This document shows positions 27,253 to 36,171 of a stretch of 37,239 nucleotides of DNA, in pieces (the stretch's first letter is position 1; every line of letters starts with the position of its first letter). The position numbers were made by a program, and so were the translations under genes. Source of the stretch: a virus (Duplodnaviria > Caudoviricetes); the IMG/VR virus record IMGVR_UViG_3300010362_000055, positions 1 to 37,239 of that record; one strand, given 5' to 3'. The notes below the pieces were generated by a model. It saw only the letters and a list, made by a program, of their open reading frames with translations. It had not been told where the DNA came from and searched no databases.

Positions 27253-27656
27253 ACACCCGGCGCCTGGCGGCCGCCCCGGCGCTCACTCTCATCTCCCTGG
27301 TGGTGGCCGGGGCCTGGCTGGCCCTGGGCTGGGCCGCGGGGCTGTACGGGGCCGTGGGGTGGGTGTGCGGCGCCCTGGCCGTGGCGCTGGTGGCCTACGG
27401 CTGGCTGTACGCCATCACCCGGGCGCAGGCCACCCAGCTTGACGCCCTGGCCACGTTCCTGGCGGAGCGCAGTCTGGTGGTGGTGCGCTGCGCCAGCTGC
27501 CGGCAGCCCGTCACCTTGGGGCCGCCGCCCCGCGACGTGCGGATGGACGACAAGGTGAGCCTGCCGCCCGGCTGGACCGTGGTGGGCGACCGGGCGTACT
27601 GCCCGGAGTGCGCCGACCGTGGCAACGGGCCGGCCGTGGTGCACACCAACCGCTGA
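27249..27656 (+). CDS. Membrane-anchored zinc-ribbon protein
   Basis: Two TM segments, then RCASC...GW...YCPEC. Confidence 0.7.
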   Translation: MNTRRLAAAPALTLISLVVAGAWLALGWAAGLYGAVGWVCGALAVALVAYGWLYAITRAQATQLDALATFLAERSLVVVRCASCRQPVTLGPPPRDVRMDDKVSLPPGWTVVGDRAYCPECADRGNGPAVVHTNR

Positions 27657-27688
27657 CCAACGGCCGGCCCGGCCTCAGCCCTCCTTGG

Positions 27689-27717
27689 TCGGGTGGGGTG
27701 TGGCCTGACCCCACCGA
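27689..27717 (+). terminator. Hairpin after the integrase operon
   Basis: TCGGGTGGGGT...ACCCCACCGA imperfect stem. Confidence 0.4.
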
Positions 27718-27832
27718 GCGTGAGCCGCGTTCGCTAGGGCGGTCAACCCGGACTAGGCGGTAGCCGCTTGTGAACCGCGCGCGTTGTTGGACGTGCGGCG
27801 TCTGCGCGCGCGGTCGAGGGCTGTGGCCCCAC

Positions 27833-27853
27833 TGGGGATAACCCTGTGGATGA
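27833..27853 (-). promoter_or_regulatory. Tandem DnaA-box-like pair
   Basis: Minus strand TCATCCACA-GGG-TTATCCCCA, each one mismatch from TTATCCACA. Confidence 0.55.
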
Positions 27854-27992
27854 GGCGCGGGCGACCTCGACGTTCACGGAAACGTCACCCTCAGCCTGTC
27901 GATAACTGACGGTCGGTGGCCGACTCAGTGCCGTGTGTGCGACGATCGCCGCCACTCGTGACCACCGCCACAGAAAGCGAGGTGGGGCTGTG

Positions 27993-28256
27993 ATGGTCGA
28001 GTCGAGGGCTAGGCCCGCCATGACGGTGCTGTGCAACCGGCTGGCCCGGCAGCTGCGGGGCTACCGGCGGCTGCACGCGCTGACCCAGTGCGAGCTAGCC
28101 ACCGAAGTGGGCGGCATCACGGGGCGAACGATCAGCCGCTACGAGTGCGGGGCCAGCTTCCCCGACCCGGACGTGGTGTGGCGCCTGGCCAACCTGGGCG
28201 CCATCGACGTGGCCGAGGTGTACGCCCCCGACCGGCGCCGCCGGGGTGCGGCGTGA
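27993..28256 (+). CDS. XRE-family HTH regulator (Cro-like position)
   Basis: LRGYRRLHALTQCELATEVGGITGRTISRYECGASFP. Confidence 0.88.
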   Translation: MVESRARPAMTVLCNRLARQLRGYRRLHALTQCELATEVGGITGRTISRYECGASFPDPDVVWRLANLGAIDVAEVYAPDRRRRGAA

Positions 28257-28591
28257 CCGCCAGCGAGGACCAGGCCGTGGCCCGCCTACTGGCCACCGCC
28301 GAAGCCCGGGGCCTGCCGGCCCGCATCAAGGACAGCCCCGAGCTAGCCAGCCTGGCTCGACTAGTGCGCAACCACCTACGGAGGGGCCATGGAGCGCAAC
28401 CTGGCACAGCGCAACTGGATACGGCAGCAGTGGCAGATCGGCACGGACACCACCACGGTGACGATCGAGGCGGAGGGGCCAACCCCGACGCCCTCCGGCG
28501 TGCTGCGGCTCGTGCAGGAACTGTCCTGCGCGGTGGAGCGCTACCTGGCGGCCCTGCCCGAGCCACCGGCCCGGCGGCACGGCCGCGTTGA
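28253..28591 (+). CDS. Hypothetical protein with GLP.RI.D motif (3' part overlaps the next gene)
   Basis: GTGA overlap. EARGLPARIKDSPELASLARLV. Confidence 0.5.
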   Translation: MTASEDQAVARLLATAEARGLPARIKDSPELASLARLVRNHLRRGHGAQPGTAQLDTAAVADRHGHHHGDDRGGGANPDALRRAAARAGTVLRGGALPGGPARATGPAARPR

Positions 28592-28679
28592 CGGCGCCTA
28601 CGGCCGCACCGACCCCGCCGAAGCCCGCCGCCAGCTGACCGCCGCCCGCGAGGCCCTGCGGGAGGGCCGCCGGCCATGA
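28389..28679 (+). CDS. Hypothetical protein
   Basis: GGAGGGG RBS; ATGA overlap downstream. Confidence 0.7.
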   Translation: MERNLAQRNWIRQQWQIGTDTTTVTIEAEGPTPTPSGVLRLVQELSCAVERYLAALPEPPARRHGRVDGAYGRTDPAEARRQLTAAREALREGRRP

Positions 28680-29584
28680 TGGACCACCCGGGCACCGTGT
28701 CGGTGGGGGCCGCCGAGCCTGACGACCAGCTGTGCCTGAGCGTCACCAGCATCATCAGCGCCGCCAACGGCGGCAGCAGCGATGGCCTGGTGTGGTGGGC
28801 GCGGCGGGGCGCCGCCACCATCGCCGTCAACCGGCGTGACGTGTGGGCCGGCATGACCCCGGGCGAAGCCAGCGACTGGATCGCCCGCCGGCACGAGGCC
28901 AACGCCAAGGTCAACCGGGACAACGGCAGCACCGTGCACGACGCCCTAGAGCAGTGGGCGCTGACCGGCACCCGGCCCGCCGGCAGCGACCTGCGCATGG
29001 TGGGCGACGCCGACCCCAAGATGGTGGGCCTCATGCTCGACCAGGCCGACGCCTGGTTGCAGCAGGCCCAGCCCGACTACCTGGCCGCCGAGTTGACCGT
29101 GTACAGCCCCACCCGGGGCTACGCCGGCACGCTCGACGCCATCGCCCGGGTGGCGGGGGTGCCGTTCCTCATCGACTACAAGACCCACTACGACAGCTGG
29201 GATCGCGACGGGCGGCCCCGGCGGCCCTACCCCGAGCAGGTGGCCTTGCAGCTGGTGGCCTACCAGCGGGCCGAGTGGGCGGCCCTGTTCCGTGCCCGGC
29301 GGGTGGAGCGCAGCTTCTACCCCCGGTACTACGCCCTCAGCGCCGCCGAGCGCGACCAGTCGATCGCCGTGCCCCCGGTGGAGGCCGGCCTGTGCGTGTA
29401 CATCACGCCCGAGCACTGCCACGCCTACCCGGTGCTGCTGGACGACCGGGCCTGGCGGGCGTTCCTGCACGCCATCGACGTGTACCGCTGGCTCAAGCAC
29501 GACTCCAAGTCGGTGATGGGCCAGCCACTTGACCTGGGAGGTGACGGCCATGCCCATCATCGGGCTACAGCGGCGCCTGCGTGA
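28676..29584 (+). CDS. PD-(D/E)XK exonuclease (Cas4/RecE-like)
   Basis: SVTSII, GSTVH, GYAGTLD...LIDYKT, ALQLVAY. Confidence 0.88.
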   Translation: MMDHPGTVSVGAAEPDDQLCLSVTSIISAANGGSSDGLVWWARRGAATIAVNRRDVWAGMTPGEASDWIARRHEANAKVNRDNGSTVHDALEQWALTGTRPAGSDLRMVGDADPKMVGLMLDQADAWLQQAQPDYLAAELTVYSPTRGYAGTLDAIARVAGVPFLIDYKTHYDSWDRDGRPRRPYPEQVALQLVAYQRAEWAALFRARRVERSFYPRYYALSAAERDQSIAVPPVEAGLCVYITPEHCHAYPVLLDDRAWRAFLHAIDVYRWLKHDSKSVMGQPLDLGGDGHAHHRATAAPA

Positions 29585-30863
29585 AGCGGGGCGCATCCGC
29601 CTGGGGGAGCAGCGGGTCAGCGCCCGCGGCAACGCCTACCCGGCGGCGCTCAACACGTTCCGGTTCACGTCCGCCGACCGGGCCGCCATCGACGCGGCCG
29701 CGGCCCTGTGGGGTGGCAAGGTCACCCCCTGGGACAGCCCCGCCGGCCCCCAGTGGCAGGTGACCATCGAGGCCGCCGCCATCACCGTGGTGGTGCCGCC
29801 CACCGACCTGGGGTTCAGCCAGTGGTACGAGATGTGGTCGGCCGGGGGGTGCCAGCGGCGCTGCGACGGCCACCACGAACACCTGAGCGACAGCCCCTGC
29901 CTGTGCGACCCCGACAACCGGGCGTGCAGCCCCTGCACCCGGGCCAGCGTGATGGTGCCCCAGCTGCCGGGGTTCAGCCTGTGGCGCTTGGAGAGCCACG
30001 GCTACTACGCCGCCACCGAACTGGCCGGGGTGGTGGACATCATCAACCGGGCCGCCGCCCAGGGCCGCTTCTTGGAGGCGCAGCTGCGCATCGACCAGCG
30101 GGTGGCCAAGCGCCTGGACGACAAGGGCGACATCGTCACGCAGCACTACGTGGTGCCCGTGCTCGACCTGGGCCTGACCTTCCGTGAGCTAGTGGGAGCG
30201 CCCACGGCTCAGGCGCTGCCAGCAGCCGACAGCGCCGGAGGGGCGGAAGGTCAGGCCCACTCCCCCGCCCCCACGCTCACCCCCGTGCCCGACCTACCCG
30301 CCGGCCCCAGCGTGGAGGACCAGCTGGCCCAGCTGCGTGAGCAGCCGCCCCACAAGCTGCGCGGCCCGCTGCCCACCAGCGGCGTGGACCCCGAGACGGG
30401 CGAGATCACCGAACCTCGACCTGAGCCTGAGCCTGCACCTGCACCTGAGGGCAAAGGCATGGCGCCCCCGCCGGCCAGCACCACCGACCCCGAAGTGGCC
30501 CGGCGGCGCGTCATGGCCGAGGCCACCAAGACCTGGCCCGACGCCACCACCGAGCAGCGCGAGGGCCTGCGCCACGCCCTGGGCGTGATGGCCACGTACA
30601 CGTCCCGGCACCTGGTCGAGCAGCCGCCCACGCAGTCCGTCAACGACATGACCCTGGACGAGCGGCTGCGGCTCAGCACCCTGCTGGCCGACGTGCGGAT
30701 GGGCCGCATGGCCCTTGACCGCGTCGAGGACGACGACGCCGGCCACCACCGCTACCGGGCGTCGATCAGCAAGGGCGCCCGGGTGGCGGTGCTCACCCGC
30801 CTGGCGCACGACGACTGGGACGTGGACATCCACGTCCCCGACCGGAAGGAAGCGCAACCATGA
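29550..30863 (+). CDS. phiC31 gp3-like (recombination directionality factor-like) protein with C-terminal extension
   Basis: GGGAGG RBS. LQRRLREAGRIRLG, FRFTS, WSAGGCQRRCDG, WRLESHGYYAATEL; family recognised from memory. Confidence 0.75.
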   Translation: MPIIGLQRRLREAGRIRLGEQRVSARGNAYPAALNTFRFTSADRAAIDAAAALWGGKVTPWDSPAGPQWQVTIEAAAITVVVPPTDLGFSQWYEMWSAGGCQRRCDGHHEHLSDSPCLCDPDNRACSPCTRASVMVPQLPGFSLWRLESHGYYAATELAGVVDIINRAAAQGRFLEAQLRIDQRVAKRLDDKGDIVTQHYVVPVLDLGLTFRELVGAPTAQALPAADSAGGAEGQAHSPAPTLTPVPDLPAGPSVEDQLAQLREQPPHKLRGPLPTSGVDPETGEITEPRPEPEPAPAPEGKGMAPPPASTTDPEVARRRVMAEATKTWPDATTEQREGLRHALGVMATYTSRHLVEQPPTQSVNDMTLDERLRLSTLLADVRMGRMALDRVEDDDAGHHRYRASISKGARVAVLTRLAHDDWDVDIHVPDRKEAQP

Positions 30864-31669
30864 CCACCATCACCGTGCCGGCCACCATGGACGGCGCCGA
30901 GGCCCGCCTGGGCGAGCTAGAGCACGTGGCCACCAGCGCCGGCTGGGAGCGGGCCGCCATCGTGTGGGCCTACGTCACCCCCGGCAACGTGCAGCTGTCG
31001 TCGGCCGGCCCGCCCTACAGCATCAACGGCTTCGCCCAGCTGGGCCTGCCGGGCCTGCGGCGCACCGACTCGGTGCGGCACTACTACAGCTGCTGGCAGT
31101 GGGCCATCGACAACGCCAAGGCCATGCCCGCCCGCCCCGGTGTGCCGGCCACCTTGCCTGACGTGCCGTGGCCACCCGTGCCGGCCGCCGCCCGCCTGGT
31201 GGGCAACCCCCAGCTGCGCGACGCCCTCACCGCCCAGGCCGCCGTCGACGGCGTAGGCGCCAGCAAGGTGCTGGACGTGGCCGCCAACCCCCGGGCCGTG
31301 GCCGCGGCCATCAAGGCCAGCCCGGCCCTGGCCAAGGCGGCCCGCGAGGCCATCCGTGAGCGTGACCGTCTCGAGACCGCCGCCGACAAGGCCGCCGTGG
31401 ACCAGGCCGGCGAGCGGGCCGCGGCCGCGGTCGGCAAGGCGCTGGGCATCGACCCCATCGCCCACCACCTACGCCAGGCCGCCGCCGAGATCGGCCAGGC
31501 CATCCTGGGCCTCGACCTGTACGGCCCGGGTGACGCCCGCCAGGTGGGTGAAGCTGTGGCCAAGGTCGAGCGGTACCTGGCCATGTTCAAGGCCGAGACG
31601 CCGGGCGAGCCGCCCCACTGGTCCGACGATGACCGGGAGTTCTTGGGGGCGCACGGGGTGGCGCTGTGA
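30860..31669 (+). CDS. Hypothetical protein
   Basis: Long GC3-rich ORF with coupled overlaps. Confidence 0.8.
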   Translation: MTTITVPATMDGAEARLGELEHVATSAGWERAAIVWAYVTPGNVQLSSAGPPYSINGFAQLGLPGLRRTDSVRHYYSCWQWAIDNAKAMPARPGVPATLPDVPWPPVPAAARLVGNPQLRDALTAQAAVDGVGASKVLDVAANPRAVAAAIKASPALAKAAREAIRERDRLETAADKAAVDQAGERAAAAVGKALGIDPIAHHLRQAAAEIGQAILGLDLYGPGDARQVGEAVAKVERYLAMFKAETPGEPPHWSDDDREFLGAHGVAL

Positions 31670-32193
31670 CCGCGGCCCCGGCCGTCAACCAGGCGGTGGC
31701 CCTGGTGGACGCCGCCCTCGACGCCTACGTGGCCCGCATGGCCGCCCGCGGCCTCGACCCCGAAGGCTTCCGGGCCGCCACCCTGGCCGGCCTGGCCCAC
31801 GTGGACACGCCGCGCATGAGCCAGCTGCTACAGGAGTACCGGCTGTGCCAGCGGCGCGAGGGCGCCACCCGCTACGTGGTGGCCTGCCACCAGTACGGCG
31901 CCGGCAGCCGGTGGTCGATCTTGGCGAAGCCCAACACCGACCCCGCCGTGGTGCGTGAGGCCCGCCGCGCCCAGGCCCTGTGGGCCGTCAAGGACGCCGC
32001 CAGCCGGCTCACCCGCGACGGCCTCCTTGAGGTGCGGCCCGGCCTGCGGGACAGCCAAGCCGACCGGCTCATCGACGCCGCGCAACGGGCCACCGAGACG
32101 ATGCTGACCGCACAGCTGACCCTGGTGCAGCAGCTGCTGGAACCTGCCCCCGACGAGCCGTCGCCCAACGGCGACCGCACACCGGCCGCCTGA
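31666..32193 (+). CDS. Hypothetical protein
   Basis: GTGA and TGATG coupling. Confidence 0.75.
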   Translation: MTAAPAVNQAVALVDAALDAYVARMAARGLDPEGFRAATLAGLAHVDTPRMSQLLQEYRLCQRREGATRYVVACHQYGAGSRWSILAKPNTDPAVVREARRAQALWAVKDAASRLTRDGLLEVRPGLRDSQADRLIDAAQRATETMLTAQLTLVQQLLEPAPDEPSPNGDRTPAA

Positions 32194-32585
32194 TGGTCAC
32201 GCCCGCGCAGCGCAAGGGCCGCAGAGCCGAAGTGGAGGCCGCTACTCGCTTGGCGGACGCCACCGGCTGGCCCGTGCGCCGCCGGCAGCAAGAAGGCAGG
32301 GCCGACGACACCGGCGACTTGGAAGGCGTGCCGTACACCTGCGTGCAGGTGACCGCCATCGAGAACCTGTCGTCGGCCCTGTCTCGCAAGCTACCGGCCC
32401 TGGCCGACCAGCAGGCCCGCGCCCGGGCGCCCTACGGCCTGCTGTGGGTGCGGCGCCGGGGCGGCCGGTGCATCGCCGTGATGAGCGAGCGCCAGCTGGC
32501 CGCCATGCTCACCGCGGCGGTGGCGTACCTGCGCCTGGCCGAAGGTGCCACCGCCCTGGGGCTGTACGTACCGGACGAGCCATGA
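32193..32585 (+). CDS. Hjc-like Holliday junction resolvase
   Basis: KGRRAE...DTGDLEGVP...VQVT...EQ-like DQQA. Confidence 0.7.
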   Translation: MVTPAQRKGRRAEVEAATRLADATGWPVRRRQQEGRADDTGDLEGVPYTCVQVTAIENLSSALSRKLPALADQQARARAPYGLLWVRRRGGRCIAVMSERQLAAMLTAAVAYLRLAEGATALGLYVPDEP

Positions 32586-32986
32586 CGGGGCGCCGGCTGT
32601 GCCAGGTGCTGGGCTGCGACAACCCCCACCACGCCCGGGGCATGTGCCACGCCCACTACCAGGTGTGGCGCCGAGGCCGTAGGGCGCCCCTGGTGGCCCC
32701 TGAGGCCCGCTACAGCGCCGCCGGCCCCCACAACCCACCCCAGGCGCCCGCGGGCGCTCACAGCATGCCTGGGGGGCCTGTGGGGCCACCCTACGGATGG
32801 GGGCACCTGCCGCTGATGACCGATGCCGAGGCCACGCTGCCGGCCGGCAGCTACTGGGACTGGGCGCGGGTCACGTGGCGGCCCGGCACCAGCCACGTGG
32901 AGGCCGTGATGCGTGACGCCGGCCTGCCCTGGTGGGAGTTGGGGGTGCGGGTGCCGTGGGCGGCCAGCTGCCAGGAGGCCGCATGA
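32582..32986 (+). CDS. Zinc-finger protein
   Basis: CQVLGCDNPHHARGMCHAHYQ. Confidence 0.7.
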   Translation: MTGRRLCQVLGCDNPHHARGMCHAHYQVWRRGRRAPLVAPEARYSAAGPHNPPQAPAGAHSMPGGPVGPPYGWGHLPLMTDAEATLPAGSYWDWARVTWRPGTSHVEAVMRDAGLPWWELGVRVPWAASCQEAA

Positions 32987-34815
32987 TGGGCCGCCATCTC
33001 GACGCCACCTACGAGCGGCTACGTCAGCTGCCCGGCGCCCGCGGCAACGGCGACAGCTTCACCGCCTGCTGCCCCGCCCACGACGACAGCCGGGCCAGCT
33101 TGAGCGTGGGCCGCGGCGACGACGGCCGCGTGCTGGTGCACTGCCACGCCGGCTGCGCCCCCGAGGCCGTGCTCAGCGCCCTGGGCCTCGACTGGTTCGA
33201 CCTGCTGCCCGAAGCCGACCATGACCCAGACCAGCGCAGCCTGGTGGCCACCTACGACTACACCGACGTGGAGGGCACGCTGCTGTTCCAGAAGGTGCGG
33301 TACGTGCCCAAGGACTTCCGGCTGCGGCGGCCTGACGGGGCCGGCGGCTGGCTGTGGAACATCAAGGGTGTGCCCCAGGTGCTGTACAACCTGCCGGCCG
33401 TGCGAGCCGCGGTAGCCGCCGGGCGGCCCGTGTACCTGGTCGAGGGCGAGAAGGACGCCAAGGCCCTGACCGACCGGGAAGAGTGCGCCACCACCGTGCC
33501 CGGCGGCGCCGGCAAGTGGCGCCACGTGTTCGCGGGCGACCTGGAAGGCGGCTGGGTCATCATCGTGGCCGACCGCGACGACGCCGGCCGCGCCCACGCC
33601 CTCACCTGTGCCCGCGACCTGGTGCAGGTGTGCCAGCGGGTGAGCGTGGTCGAGAGCGACCGGGGCAAGGACGCGTACGACCACTTCGCCCAGGGCGGCG
33701 GCTTCGAAGACTTCCAGCCGGCCGCCTGGTGGCCCGAGGCTCAACCTGAGCCTGAGCCTGAGCCGGCCCGCCCCGCGGAGGTCCGCCGCATGGACCAGCT
33801 GCCCCTGGCCCGCATCAACTGGCTGTGGGAGGGCTGGCTGGCCCGCGGCAAGCTGGCCCTGCTCGACGGTGACCCCGGCTGCGGCAAGTCCACCGTTGCC
33901 ATCGAGCTCGCCGCCCGGGTGAGCACCGGGGCGCCCATGCCCGGCGAACCCGCCGACGCCCAACGCGATCCCGGCACCGTGTTACTGCTCACCGCCGAAG
34001 ACGGCCTAGCCGACACCGTGGGGCCGCGGCTGGTCGCGGCCGGCGCCGACCGTGCCCGGGTGACCGCCCTAGAGCGGGTGCTGTACCGCGACGACCAAGG
34101 CGTGCTGCGCCAACGGCTACCGCAGCTGCCCACCGACCTCGACCGGCTGGTGCACCACATCGCCGCCACCAAGGCGCAGCTGGTCATCATCGACGTGCTG
34201 TTCGCCTACCTGGCCTCCCAGATCAACTCCTGGAAGGACCAGGACGTGCGCCAGGTGCTGCACGCCATGGGCGACGTAGCCGACGCCACCGGGGCCACGT
34301 TCCTGCTGATCCGCCACCTGAACAAGGGCGGCAGCGGGCCGGCCGTGTACCGGGGCGGGGGCAGCATCGGCATCACGGGCGCCGCCCGCACCGTGCTGGC
34401 CGCCGCGTTCGACCCCCGCGACGACGAGCGCCAACGGCGGGTGCTGGCGGTGGTGAAGTCGAACGTGGCCCAGCTGCCCCGGGCGCTCAACTACGGCATC
34501 GTGAACGACCCCATGTGGCGGGCCGGGCGCATCACCTGGCAGGGCACCAGCGACATCACCGCCGACGAGTTGGTGCAGTGGCGGCCGGCCCGGGGCGGCA
34601 CCCAGCTGGACGACGCCGCCCTGTGGCTGCAAGGGCTGCTGAGCGACGGCCCCGTGAGCGGCCGGGAGGTGCGCATGCTGGGCCGCCATGAGGGCTATGA
34701 CGAACGCACCCTGCGCAAGGCGGCCGAGCGGGCCGGGGTGAGCATCAGGCGCACCGGCACCGGCAAGGACCACCACACAACGTGGCAGCTGCTGCCCCCG
34801 GAGGACCGGCCATGA
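32983..34815 (+). CDS. Primase-helicase (zinc finger, TOPRIM, RepA/AAA_25 helicase)
   Basis: CPAHDD...HCHAGC; VEGEKD, ADRDDAG; GDPGCGKS, LVIID, RHLNK, GGSIG, KSN. Confidence 0.93.
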   Translation: MMGRHLDATYERLRQLPGARGNGDSFTACCPAHDDSRASLSVGRGDDGRVLVHCHAGCAPEAVLSALGLDWFDLLPEADHDPDQRSLVATYDYTDVEGTLLFQKVRYVPKDFRLRRPDGAGGWLWNIKGVPQVLYNLPAVRAAVAAGRPVYLVEGEKDAKALTDREECATTVPGGAGKWRHVFAGDLEGGWVIIVADRDDAGRAHALTCARDLVQVCQRVSVVESDRGKDAYDHFAQGGGFEDFQPAAWWPEAQPEPEPEPARPAEVRRMDQLPLARINWLWEGWLARGKLALLDGDPGCGKSTVAIELAARVSTGAPMPGEPADAQRDPGTVLLLTAEDGLADTVGPRLVAAGADRARVTALERVLYRDDQGVLRQRLPQLPTDLDRLVHHIAATKAQLVIIDVLFAYLASQINSWKDQDVRQVLHAMGDVADATGATFLLIRHLNKGGSGPAVYRGGGSIGITGAARTVLAAAFDPRDDERQRRVLAVVKSNVAQLPRALNYGIVNDPMWRAGRITWQGTSDITADELVQWRPARGGTQLDDAALWLQGLLSDGPVSGREVRMLGRHEGYDERTLRKAAERAGVSIRRTGTGKDHHTTWQLLPPEDRP

Positions 34816-35009
34816 CGGCTACGCAGCGTGCGTTCACTCCGGCCACTTTCCACTCCGGCCTTCTCCCGGATAGAGGCCGGAGTGAAACCCGGCCACAACG
34901 AGTGGTTGCCCACAGGGTTGTCCACAGGGGACGGCCAGGGACGGCTGCAAGTAGGCCGGAGTGGCCGCAGTCACCCAGCGTGCCAAGTAGGCCGGAGTGG
35001 CCGCAGTGA
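34812..35009 (+). CDS. Short ORF running through the origin repeats
   Basis: ATGA overlap with the primase-helicase and GTGA overlap with the next gene. Atypical codons; SRPEWPQ occurs twice. Confidence 0.35.
   Translation: MTATQRAFTPATFHSGLLPDRGRSETRPQRVVAHRVVHRGRPGTAASRPEWPQSPSVPSRPEWPQ
34835..35007. repeat. Probable replication origin: iterons plus DnaA boxes
   Basis: CACTCCGGCC at 34835 and 34851; inverse GGCCGGAGTG at 34875 and within a 24-bp repeat at 34948 and 34984; TTGCCCACA-GGG-TTGTCCACA at 34906-34926. Confidence 0.7.
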
Positions 35010-35593
35010 CCAGCAGCCAGCCCACCCGGGGCCAGCTGGCCCGCTGGTTCGCCGCCCTGCGCCGCACCGACTGGTACGCCATCGAGCACCGCATGGTGGC
35101 CGCCCTGTACCGCGAGCGTGCCGGCACCCTGGTGCCCGACGGCTACGGCCACGGCAACGGCTACCAGCCCCGCGGCAGCACCGTCAGCGACCGCACCGCA
35201 GCAGCTGCCGTAGCCCTGGCCGACGTGGCTGACCACGGCCAGCTGGCCGACGCCCACCGCCGCCACACCATGGGCGCCCTAGCCGACCTGGAAGCCACCC
35301 TCGACGCCCTCAACCGGGTGCAAGGCCACCTGGCCCAAGTGGCCCGGCTGGTCACCCCCGACGAGGACCAGGCGCCGCCCTGCCTGCCGTGCGCGGCCGG
35401 CGGCGCCAACCACGCGGCCACCCACCTGGGAGACGTGGGCGGCCGGCTACCCCGCCCGGTGCGGCTGTGCGAAGCGGCCTACGAGTTCGTGCGGCGCACG
35501 GGGCGCATCCCCCAGCCGGACGAGGCCGCCAGCTACGCCCGCAGCGGACGCTGGCGGGTGCACGTACCTGGACCCGATAGGAGGCCACGATGA
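35006..35593 (+). CDS. Hypothetical protein (late-regulator position)
   Basis: VSDRTAAAA, CLPC...RLC, FVRRTGRIP. Confidence 0.75.
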   Translation: MTSSQPTRGQLARWFAALRRTDWYAIEHRMVAALYRERAGTLVPDGYGHGNGYQPRGSTVSDRTAAAAVALADVADHGQLADAHRRHTMGALADLEATLDALNRVQGHLAQVARLVTPDEDQAPPCLPCAAGGANHAATHLGDVGGRLPRPVRLCEAAYEFVRRTGRIPQPDEAASYARSGRWRVHVPGPDRRPR

Positions 35594-35814
35594 CGAAGTA
35601 CCAGTCGCCTATGAGCCGACCCGTGCGGTGCAGCGAATGCGGCCGCCTGCTGCGCGGCCAGCCCACCCTGCGGTTGGGCTACATGGTGCGCGAGCACTAC
35701 CGCCGCGGCGACCGCAACCAGCTGGCGCCCGTGTGGTGCCCCGGGGCACGCCGCTTCGACCACCAGCCCGCCGAAGACGGCGCCCACCGCAGCAAGTGGT
35801 GGGCACCCGCATGA
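35590..35814 (+). CDS. Zinc-ribbon small protein
   Basis: AGGAGG RBS. CSECGR...REH...CPG. Confidence 0.75.
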   Translation: MTKYQSPMSRPVRCSECGRLLRGQPTLRLGYMVREHYRRGDRNQLAPVWCPGARRFDHQPAEDGAHRSKWWAPA

Positions 35815-35975
35815 CCCCGCCCCCGCTGCCCTGGCTGTGCCCCCTGTGCGACCGCCAGCTGGCCAACCCCCGCACCATGGCCTACGGCTGCGTCGAGGCC
35901 CTGATGGAGGCCCCGGTGGGCGAGTGCCCCATGCACCGCACCCAGTGGGCCAAGGGCTGGCGGCCCGGTGGCTGA
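35811..35975 (+). CDS. Cys-rich microprotein
   Basis: MTPPPLPWLCPLCD...C...CPMH; ATGA overlap. Confidence 0.6.
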   Translation: MTPPPLPWLCPLCDRQLANPRTMAYGCVEALMEAPVGECPMHRTQWAKGWRPGG

Positions 35976-36171
35976 CTTCTGCCGGGACTGCGTGCGTGAC
36001 CTGTGGGACCACGACGCCAGCGACCTGCCGCCCGTGCCCGGCTGCTACCTATGCGAGGGTTGCGGTGTGCACCTGTTCGACGCCGCCGGCCACCGCCGCT
36101 GCACGTTCACCCCAGCCGAGGACAAGCCGGTGCCCTACCCGGCGTGCGAGCTATGCCAGGCGCTGCCATGA
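35968..36171 (+). CDS. Cys-rich microprotein
   Basis: ADFCRDC...LCEGCG...C...CELC. Confidence 0.7.
   Translation: MADFCRDCVRDLWDHDASDLPPVPGCYLCEGCGVHLFDAAGHRRCTFTPAEDKPVPYPACELCQALP

Noticed and set aside
27743-28036. Minus-strand ORF as a CI repressor
   Set aside because: No HTH pattern, atypical codons, and it overlaps the XRE gene start.
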